Positions 53,893-64,000 of a stretch of DNA of 64,000 nucleotides are shown piece by piece. The position numbers and the translations under genes were made by a program. Location: assembly GCA_951406725.2 (NCBI GenBank), contig OX597830.1, positions 69,812,001 to 69,876,000 on the forward strand, in the 5' to 3' direction. How positions within the stretch are numbered: position 1 is the stretch's first letter; each line of letters opens with the position of its first letter. The DNA is from Octopus vulgaris. Lineage: Eukaryota. Under the pieces are notes generated by a model. The model was not told where the DNA came from, did not search any database, and saw only the letters and a list, made by a program, of their open reading frames with translations.

Positions 53893-54245
53893 GAGTAGTT
53901 TATGAAGAAAAAAAATTGTTTTCAGTGATTCAGTCGTTGCTTTATTTCACTTTGTTTTGTGAGTTAATCTATTGTTTATAGATTAAATGAAGGGTAGATG
54001 TGATTTCAAAAGAACAATACTTTGTACCGAATGACCTCTCGCAGAGCTTTCCCTAACAAATCTACTATGGCGCCAAGCTTACACCACACACTACACACGA
54101 ATGTGTACCGTATTCCCACAACGCATAAGGGAACATTTTTTCCTGAGAGAAACTGCTCTTCATTGTGTCTTAAAGCAAAACAAAAAAACACGAAAACACA
54201 AAAACAAAAGCAAAAAACAAAAACGAAAAGCTCAAGAAATATATA

Positions 54246-54365
<120 letters not shown>

Positions 54366-54576
54366 ATGTATATATATATATTATATGTTGAAAACAAAAC
54401 AACAATTGGCTTTCATAAAGTTTTATTTTTTTCCTTTTATTTGTTGTTGTCAATATGAAAAGAAAAGATTTATTAAAACGTATTAACCTTGTTAAATTTC
54501 CGAAAAAGTTACGTGTCATCGCAAGAGTAACATTTTACCGTTCTTTCAAATAAATTCATAATTAAACGATAATTAA

Positions 54577-54648
54577 GATATTGTTTCATACAATTAATTT
54601 GGCCATAACAATTTCTTTTCTTCATATATTATTAATAAAAAAAGGGAT

Positions 54649-54684
<36 letters not shown>

Positions 54685-54907
54685 CATATACATCTTTGAT
54701 ATAAGACTTTATATAAAAATTAATTTGAGACTAAAAGAACAATTTTTCTCTTCGAAATTAGCCTGGAATGTCTTATATCATTTATATTAAAATTGTAGTT
54801 TATTAGTGTGTATTTACACACACATAATTACGATATTGTTTCATACAATTAATTTTGGCCATAACAAATTCTTTTCTCCATATATCATTAATAAAAAAAA
54901 AAAGGAT

Positions 54908-54949
<42 letters not shown>

Positions 54950-55170
54950 CATATACATCTTTGATATAAGACTTTATATAAAAATTAATTTGAGACTAAA
55001 AGAACAATTTTTCTCTTCAAAATTAGCCTGGAATGTCTTATATCATTTATAGTAAAATGGTAGTTTATTAGTGTGTATTTACACACACATAATTACGATA
55101 TTGTTTCATACAATTAATTTTGGCCATAACAAATTCTTTTCTCCATATATCATTAATAAAAAAAAAGGAT

Positions 55171-55228
<58 letters not shown>

Positions 55229-55434
55229 CATATACATCTTTGATATAAGATTTTAGAAGAATTAATTTGAGACTAAAAGAACAATTTTTCTCTTCAAAAT
55301 TAGCCTGGAATGTTTTATCTCATAGTAGTTTATTAGTGTGTATTTACACACACATAATTACGATATTGTTTCATACAATTAATTTTGGCCATAACAAATA
55401 TTTTTCTCCATATATTACTAATAAAAAAAGGGAT

Positions 55435-55496
<62 letters not shown>

Positions 55497-55630
55497 TATC
55501 TTTGATATAAGACTTTATAAGAATTAATTTGAGACTAAAAGAACAATTTTTCTCTTCGAAATTAACCTGGAATGTCTTATATTATTTATACTAAAATGGT
55601 AGTTTATTAGTGCGTATTTACACATACACA
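54577..55630. repeat. Tandem array of four ~260-bp units, each with a variable (TA)n core
   Basis: Unit starts gatattgtttcatacaattaatttt at about 54577, 54832, 55098 and 55362. Confidence 0.92.
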
Positions 55631-55863
55631 CATATGTGTATGTGTTATATATATTACATAATATATAAATATATGTATATATATATACACACGTATTTTT
55701 TTGTTTTTGTTTTTTGTTTTTGTTTTTCCAGTTTCAGCTCTTGAGCTGTGGCCATGCTGGGGCACCGCCATTGTGGTGAAAGAGTACAGCAGGGATCACC
55801 ACCCCCTGCCGGAGCCTCGTAGAGCTTTTAGGTGTTTTCGCTCAATAAACACACACAACGCCC

Positions 55864-55946
<83 letters not shown>

Positions 55947-56128
55947 AGAACATTATAAGTGTGAATTACCAAATACCATGGAATAATTAAAAGAACCGCA
56001 TGAATATAATTCTATATTAAGTGACCACAAAATATTTTATTAGTTCGCACAGGTAATACATCTCAAGGTATCTTAAATATCTGGAAGCAAACGCAAATAG
56101 TACAAAGAACAGAAAAAGCACCACCACC

Positions 56129-56160
<32 letters not shown>

Positions 56161-57518
56161 CAAGGACATTTATGAGGCTCTAACTATTGCTGTGGTTCTC
56201 TACCGGCGTCCATATGAATTTTGGGACTCGAGCCATATGCCCCCTAGGGGTTCATATAAGATTTTGTATTAAAATTTATGTACAATAAATTGGTTGTACT
56301 TCTATACAATACACAAAAGTTTTAAACAATTTTGTTTATATAATTCTTGATAATATTTAATTATTGTTTCTACTAAAGGCACATGGCCAGAAATTTTGTG
56401 GGAAGAGAGCAATTAATTACATCAATCGCAGTACTGAACTGATACTTAATTTATCGACTCCGAAAGGATGAAAGGCAAAGTCGACCTCGGTGGAGTTTGA
56501 ACTCAGAAAGTGCAGACGGACAAAATGCCGCTAAGCACTTTGTCCCGCTTGCCGTCTTTCAGAAATATTTAATAATAAAAGTATAATAAGGATTTTAAAA
56601 TATCGAACGGTTATGAGGATCGATACGAGTAAAATAAGGATCAAAGGCGGTCTATAGGTAAAAAAAAGAAAAAATTAAAAAATGGTTGTGAAACAATGCT
56701 CTATTGTTAAGGATGTGGTACAGACGAATCCAAAGATGAGGCTTTAGGGGATGTAACAGAGCTGATAATAAAGATTCTCCATATATTTTGACAGTCATTT
56801 CAAATGACTGAAATAAGTAAAAGAATAAAAGAATATATATATTATGCATGTGTGTATATGTGTGCGTATACACACACACACACACAAAGATACAGGGACA
56901 TACATGCTCATACACACGCAATCGTACAGGAGTTTTTGAAAATCTTGTAATATATATACATCTTGTTCAATAGCAGTGACAGATATTAATCTAAAATGTA
57001 TAAAGGTTAACGGATGTATATATGCATGCATGTATATATGCGCATATATGTTTGCATGTATGTGTATATGTATGTATAGCATGTGTGTGTGTGTCTGTGT
57101 GTTTGTATCTGAAAGAGTTGTTAAAGAAAAAGAAGGAAAGGAAGAAAAGGAAGAGAAAGAAGAAAAATTGTTTTGTTGGTCTTTTTGTAGCTGGTCAGGA
57201 TGTTTACTCCAAGGGGGGGAAAAATGTCACTTTTCAAAAAATTGTATGGATTTCATTTTTATCATTGTATAGTGTGTGTGTGTTTGTATCTGAAGGAAGT
57301 GTTAAGAAAAAAGAAGGAAAGGAGGTAGAAGGGGAGAAATTTTGTTGATTTCTTTGCACTTGGTAGGTTTGTCGATAATAATAATTCTTCTTGGCTTACA
57401 GTGATTGTAAATCCAGTTGTTTTCTCCAAGGATGGAGGGGTGGGGAGGAAATATCACTTTTCAATAAATTGTTTGTATTTCCTTTTTATCATATATATAT
57501 ATATATATATATATGTGC

Positions 57519-57574
<56 letters not shown>

Positions 57575-57734
57575 GTATATATGCATGCATATACATATAT
57601 GAATGCATATGTGTTCCAAGTTGTAGACCACAGTTTTTGCGTTACGTTATTGAAATTTTGTATAGAAGAACATATATACATACAAATACACACATACCAT
57701 GCCAAAGGGGACATTAGCTACATATTTTATTTCT

Positions 57735-59002
57735 TATCAGGTCATCTCATAAGTTCAGTCCGAATTTTGAATAAAGAAAGCAAGTGATCAAATGTTATAT
57801 TTAATTGAAATTTAATCATCAATGTACCTTTCCTGATTATCAATGACTTCCTTCCATCTATTTACAAGCTTTTTAATCCCATCAATGTAAAACTCTTTTG
57901 GTTTCAAAGTGAAGAATTCTGAAATGTCAGTTTCGACCTCCTTCTGGCTTGCGAAAGTTATGTCCCCCAAAAGATTCTGTAAACTACGAAACAAATGGTA
58001 GTCTGAAGGAGCAAGGTCGGGAGAATAAGATGGATGAGGAATTTTTTCCCAGCAAAGCTCTTCGACCTTCTGTGATGCGATCTTTGCAGTGTGGGGTTGT
58101 GCATTGTCTTCATGAAACACCACTCCTTTTCCATTCAGTAAAGCGAGTCTTTTTTTCTTCAAAGCTTGGTTCAAACGCTCTAATTACTGACAGTAGACTT
58201 GAGCATTGATTGTTACATTAGGTGATAACAATTCAAAGTGAATTACTCCTTTGCAATCCCACCAGATAGAGAGAAGAATCTTTTTTCCTATGAAGTTCCC
58301 TTTTCGGTTGTGGTTGAGCTTTTTCCCTTTTACCAAGCCACTGTTTATGACGTTTAACATTTCGATGGAAGATCCATTTTCCGTCACCAGTCACAAGTCT
58401 ATCCAAAAAGGATGAAATGAGTTCGCGAGAATGGAGAGAAGAGCAGATAACTCGAGATTTGTGGTTGCTTTCGGACAATTCATTAGACACCCATTTTCCA
58501 AGTTTAGGAACCTTTTCAAGTTGTTGAAGATGGCAATGAACAGTTGTACGGTTTGAACTAAGCTTTATTGCCAATTTTTCAACTGATAATGCAGGATTTT
58601 CTTCAAGTAATGCTTCAAGGAACTTATCATGAAACTCAACTGGACGTCCTGTTCAATCTTCATCTTCAAGGCTGAAATCTCCACTTCTGAAATTTGCAAA
58701 CCATCTTCAGCAAGTTCTTTCATTCTAGCATTCTTTCCCATAAACTGAGTGTATGTTTCGAGTCGCTTCGGCTGCAGAGTTACTTTTTTTGTTCTCATAA
58801 AGCATTATGTGCCTTAAATGCTCTTTGGATACTCCCATGTTAGAAAGGGTTTTAATCAAAGAAATTTTAATTCTATTATTCTGTAAAATAATATTTAATT
58901 AATTTAAATGTACACAAATGCATAAAAATATATCTAAATTCCAATAAACATTTTTATATACTATTAAATTTCATTCAATTTAAAAAAAGGTAAAATCGGA
59001 CA
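57735..59002 (-). mobile_element. Decayed mariner of a third family (transposase pseudogene 58838-57812)
   Basis: MGVSKEHLRHIMLYE..., WVSNEL, LVTGDGKW, FHEDNAQPH, YSPDLAPSDYHLF, with stops and frameshifts. One TIR at 57735; the other is cut by a SINE at about 59003. Confidence 0.9.
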
Positions 59003-59324
59003 TACCTATTTCTTTACTACCCACAAGGGGCTAAACACAGAGGGGACAAACAAAGACAGACACGGATTAAGTCGATTACATCGACCCCAGTGCGTAACTG
59101 GTACTTAATTTATCGACCCCGGAAGGATGAAAGGCAAAGTCGACCTCGGCGGAATTTGAACTCAGAACGCAACGGCAGACGAAATACGGCTACGCATTTC
59201 GCCCGGCGTGCTAACGTTTCTGCCAGCTCGCCGCCCTGAGTTTGAGGTTGGAATAGGAATTTTTTTCATTTCAACCCGCAAAATCACTGTAGCGGTTGTA
59301 TCTTTCTGCTGCTGAAGAAAGTAA

Positions 59325-60015
59325 AATAAACATCCATTCAAGGAAGCCGCTATTTATGAATTCAATGCAGTTTTGGTATTAGGCATCTAGGCTGCTTCTG
59401 CTTCTGGATGACGTTTGAGTATTGAGTGTCATGGTGGAATGAAGGATGGTATCACCTATATAGAAGTTGTTGAAGATGATGGTCAATAGGTCTTTGATAC
59501 ATATATATATTTTTTTACTGCCCACAAGGGGCTAAACACAAAGGGGACAAACAAGGACAGACAAACGGATTAAGTCGATTACATCGACCCCAGTGCGTAA
59601 CTGGTACTTAATTTATCGACCCCGAAAAGATGAAAGGCAAAGTTGACCTCGGCGGAATTTGAACTTAGAACATAACGGCAGACGAAATACGGCTATGCAT
59701 TTCGCCCGGCGTGCTAACGATTCTGCCAGCTCGCCGCCCTTTGATACATATATAGGAGTTAGATTGTGGAAGACAAAAACAAAACAAACTTTGGAGCATG
59801 TTAGAGTTGATAGAGTGAGGGGACAGAGAAAATACGCTGCGACAGCGTGTTCTGACAGGGAGCTGTTGATTGAAACACGGGATGGGAGCCGGATGGAGTC
59901 CGTACGCGAGAAGGTTTAACAGAAGATTCACGAATCAGACGCAATCAAAAGCTTTGCCTATATCAAGGCCAATAGCATTACTGTTACCAAATTTCTATCA
60001 GATGAGGACCTAGTG
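59325..60015 (+). pseudogene. Decayed coding relic of unknown identity, split by a SINE with a 16-bp TSD
   Basis: Removing the SINE (TSD ctttgatacatatata at 59492 and 59739) restores one frame, HPFKEAAIYEFNAVLVLGI*...MKDGITYIEVVEDDGQ*VFDTYIGVRLWKTK...SVREKV*QKIHESDAIKSFAYIKANSITVTKFLSDEDLV, ending at donor gtaagt (60016). Confidence 0.5.
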
Positions 60016-60369
60016 GTAAGTGACAAAAAAAAAAAAAAAGAGTGAGTCCAGTAGATCCGGTTTTACCAAAACTGCACAGATAGTCATTATAGAAAGAAAG
60101 AGAGTGAGAGAGAGAGGAAGGGGAGAGAGTTGGGGAGAGGCAGTGAGAGAGAGAGAATGAAGGAGAGAGATTTAAGTGTTGGATCATGATATCATGCATT
60201 TGGGTAATTAAATACACAGTTGATACACACACACGCGCACACACACACATACACGCACACGAACGACTCGACTGGTGAATGATCACTCTCCACCTAGGTA
60301 GCGTCGCTGAGGCTCTCTTTCTTTTACTGTTGGAAGCTTGAAAGTTCTACATGAAATGACCGCCTGTAA

Positions 60370-60766
60370 TCTTTATATATAAAAGTGAGGTTGTGTGCTG
60401 TCTGTCTCCTACGATTTAGATTCCTAACTACTCCCACATTTTGCGGTGCAGTTTAACCAAAACCGGGTATCTTATAGTCGTGATTCATATCGAGCCCTTC
60501 TGAGTATTAGCGCGCGTCTACGATGAGTCTACGATTTAAAAAATAATTTACCATCAATTTTTCCCATTTTTAATGCATTTTTGGCATATATAAGGGAAGT
60601 AACTCTCTAAAAATTTATTATTAAATCTCAGAACGTAAAAAGCTACAGTAAAACCACCCCCTTTGTGGTTAGCCATATTGAGATGGCTATTATACTTTAC
60701 ATCTCTAAAAATGCTTATATAGTTATTTCCCTTACAAACCCGAGCAACGCCGGGCGATACTGCTAG
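60370..60766 (+). mobile_element. Non-autonomous Helitron
   Basis: A|TC 5' end (atctttatatataaa); 3' hairpin cccgagcaacgccggg followed by CTAG|T. Confidence 0.85.
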
Positions 60767-60918
60767 TATATAATAATGGAGAGCCACTATCGACTAGAAT
60801 TAACTTTATACCTGTATTATATTATTTCGTTTAGGCATAGTTGTATTAAAAAACTAGTTGTTAGAACTCGATATACATCTGCTTTAGAGTAAAGTATTAA
60901 GCAAATACAGAGCGTAAT

Positions 60919-61132
60919 ATTAATGAATGACAAGAGAATAAGTGTTACGCAATCACTTTTATTAGCTTACAGCTGTTTCTGCTGTAAGAAGCAGTGCACA
61001 CATCCTGGCTTTGAGGAAGCTATAGGACGTTGCTCAAACACTCAGCTCTGTGTGTATTGCGTTTTATAGCAGAAACAGCTTTAAGCTAATGAAAGGGTTT
61101 ACGCGATTTCCGTTCTCTTGTTATTCATTAAT
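60919..61132. repeat. Imperfect inverted repeat with ~85-bp arms
   Basis: attaatgaatgacaagagaa...ttagcttacagctgtttctgctgtaa...cacaca pairs with tgtgtg...ttatagcagaaacagctttaagctaa...ttctcttgttattcattaat. Confidence 0.85.
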
Positions 61133-61142
61133 CAACATCTGT

Positions 61143-61722
61143 AAAGCAGCGAACTGGCAGAAACGTTGGCCCGCTGGGCGAAATGCTAAGCGGTATTTCG
61201 TCTGCCGCTACGTTCTGAGTTCAAATTTCTCCTAGGTCGACTTTGCCTTTCATCCTTTCGGGGTCGATTAAATAAGTACCAGTTACGCACTGGGGTCGAT
61301 GTAATCGATTTAATCCGTTTGTCTGTCCTTGTTTGTCTTCTCTGTGTTTAGCCCCTTGTGGGCAGTAAAGAAATAGGTATTTCGTCTGCCGCTACGTTCT
61401 GAGTTCAAATTCCGCCAAGGTCGACTTTGCCTTTCATCCTTTCGGAGTCGATTAAATAAATACCAGTTACGCACTGGGATCGATGTAATCGACTTAATCC
61501 GTTTGTCTGTCCTTGTTTGTCCCCTCTGTGTTTAGCCCCTTGTGGGTGGTAAAGAAATAGTTATTTCATCTGTCCTTACGTTTTGAGTTCAAATTCCACC
61601 GAGGTAGACTTTGCCTTTCATCCTTTCGGAGTCGATAAATTAAGTTGCGTACTGGAGTCGATCTAATCGACTGGCCCCCATCCCCCCAATTTCAGGCCTC
61701 ATGCTTGCAGTAGAAGGGATTA
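61143..61722 (+). repeat. Second head-to-tail trimer of the Meta-domain-like SINE
   Basis: Units start at 61192, 61376 and 61560. Confidence 0.88.
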
Positions 61723-62949
61723 ATCAACATCCGTACCTGCATATAGAAAACTATGCAAGATATGTATTTTTGGTGTTACAGGCCTCCACAGTTGTCCACG
61801 CATGCAAGTATTCTCTCTTTATACCATCCATGTTGTCCAAGGGTACCGCCACTGCTTTAGGGCAGCTACAGCTTGACACCAGCAAAATTGCTGTCAGAAT
61901 TATTCACACGACATTATTTACACGACATGAATATATTATACGATAACAACTGTTATTGTATATGAGTCTACTATATGATAACATTTACTTATTAAACATA
62001 CGTCTCACTTTCTGACAACAGCACGTAACGTATTTTGCAGGCTCATATGACATCAATAAATCATTAAAAGTGTAGCTTCTTCATTGCTTTAAACTGTCAA
62101 ATTCAACAATGAGGTAAATTATATATTATATTATTCATAAAATTACTATCATAATTTTCACTTTTTACTATAGTAATCTGCCTGTTTTCCTTGTATGTTT
62201 TGGTTCGTATGTGTTATTTCTCAACGTAATGTTTCATGTTTTTAAATTAAGGTACATACGGTTTAAAATTTAATGTTTTCTATCAAGTAACTCACACGTT
62301 GCAGCTTGGAGCCTGTAATACAGAACCGAAAACGAAACTGAATCAAGCTTAAATTTAATTATCGTCTAACGACAATAAAATTCACATAAAAGATTCATAA
62401 AAACGATCGTTAAAAATGATAAAACACACTTCAGTAAGCAAGAAAAATTGAGAAATAAATCTTTTTCTAAGCGAACATGTCTACCAATAAATATTCGACT
62501 ATCAAAGGAGAGCATAACTTAAAGGGGCCAACTATGGGAATTTCCGGTGGGCTCAGTGAGCCGTTGATTCACAGATTCAAGGTCTTGGAGAAGATTGGTA
62601 TTAATACCTGTCCCCATCACCATCGATATGATGGAAGTAAATGAATGTGACAGGACGGTAGTTGGCAAAGTCAGAAAAGGGTTACACTTGCTGGAAGGAA
62701 GCACAGCATACCGTAGCGAGTTTCCATCCCTTGTCAATTCGTAGCTTTCCCCCTTTCCGGTATGAGGTGCTGCGGAGGAGGTAAGCCCCTCATAAATGCA
62801 GCTTGGTTAGAGGGCGCTTCGAACTGACTCGGTGTATTTACACCTGTTTGTCTATAACGAGAAATTTTCTCCATGACAAACTACAGTAAATGGCTTCGTT
62901 ACCGGTTCGAATATGCTCCAAGCATACTTGAACAGATAACAAGCAAGCT

Positions 62950-63023
62950 TGCATGTATGTATGTATGTATGTATGTATGTATGTATGTATGTATGTATGT
63001 ATGTATGTATGTATGTATGTATG

Positions 63024-63054
<31 letters not shown>

Positions 63055-63091
63055 GTATGTATGTAAGTATGTATGTATGTATGTATGTATG

Positions 63092-63126
<35 letters not shown>

Positions 63127-63443
63127 GTATGTATGTAAGTATGTATGTATGTATGTATGTATGTATGTATGTATGTATGTATGTATGTATGTATGCATGT
63201 ATGTATGCATGTATGTATGCATGTATGTATGAAAGTATGTATGTATGTATGTATGTATGTATGTATTATGTATATGTGTATGCATGTATGTATGTATGCA
63301 TGTATGTATGTATGTATGTATGCATGTATGTATGTATGTATGTATGTATGTATACATATATTATATATGTGTATGTATGTATGTATGTATGTATGTATGT
63401 GTGTAAGTATGTATGTAAGTATGTATGTATGTATGTATGTATG

Positions 63444-63474
<31 letters not shown>

Positions 63475-63475
63475 G

Positions 63476-63506
<31 letters not shown>

Positions 63507-63587
63507 GTATGTATGTAAGTATGTATGTATGTATGTATGTATGTATATAAGTATGTATGTATGTATGTATGTATGTATGTATATAAG

Positions 63588-63621
<34 letters not shown>

Positions 63622-63790
63622 TATAAGTATGTATGTATGTATGTATGTATGTATGTATGTATGTATGTATGTATGTATTATGTATGTGTGTCTGTATGTA
63701 TGTATGTATGTATGTATGTATGTATGTATGTATGTATGTATGTATGCATGTATGCATGTATGCATATATGTATGGATGGATGGATGTATG
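62950..63790. repeat. (GTAT)n tetranucleotide satellite of about 840 bp
   Basis: Seen directly, with gtaa and gcat variants. Confidence 0.97.
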
Positions 63791-63794
63791 CATG

Positions 63795-63927
63795 CAACAC
63801 TCGATCAAATAAGCCTAACAAGAGATACAGGAATCTGGGTGTCCACTTGTTCAACCCGGTTTTCGGTTCGCATGTTTCAACTAAGATTGCTGGAAAATTT
63901 TTTGCCGCTTTGGATAAATGTTTTCCT
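63795..63927 (+). mobile_element. Penelope-like element fragment (RT-to-endonuclease linker)
   Basis: KPNKRYRNLGVHLFNPVFGSHVSTKIAGKFFAALDKCFP resembles the Penelope RKR.IIWFNPP.S.NV.TNIG.KF..L.DKHFP motif. Confidence 0.7.
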
Positions 63928-64000
63928 AGGCGTAGGAGTGGCTGTGTGGTAAGAAGCTTGCTTACCAACCACATGGTTCCGGGTTCAGTTCCACTGCATG

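Overview
AT-rich, repeat-dense animal genomic DNA. The SINE families, long (TA)n/(CA)n/(GTAT)n tracts and LINE remnants suggest an octopus; this is inferred from repeat recognition, not shown directly. The only host gene I can identify is the last coding exon of coatomer subunit zeta (COPZ; VLQSAKEQIKWSLLK*, 34591-34638, +). No upstream COPZ exon is recognisable, so positions 1-34590 are most likely one very long final intron. Islands of unique sequence in that intron carry candidate micro-exons, a candidate alternative 63-codon terminal exon and AG|GT recursive-splice-like sites. The rest is transposon-derived: three mariner families (one with an open 334-aa ORF and a D-to-N catalytic change); hAT, pogo-like, Merlin-like, Helitron and Helentron elements; RTE, CR1/L2, HERO, R4/Dong and Penelope fragments; and many tRNA-derived SINEs, one carrying a hammerhead ribozyme motif. 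Two decayed protein-coding relics could not be identified (46.8-48.4 kb minus, 59.3-60.0 kb plus). Most ORF-track entries are microsatellite or SINE artefacts. Repeat boundaries are approximate unless TIRs or TSDs are cited.
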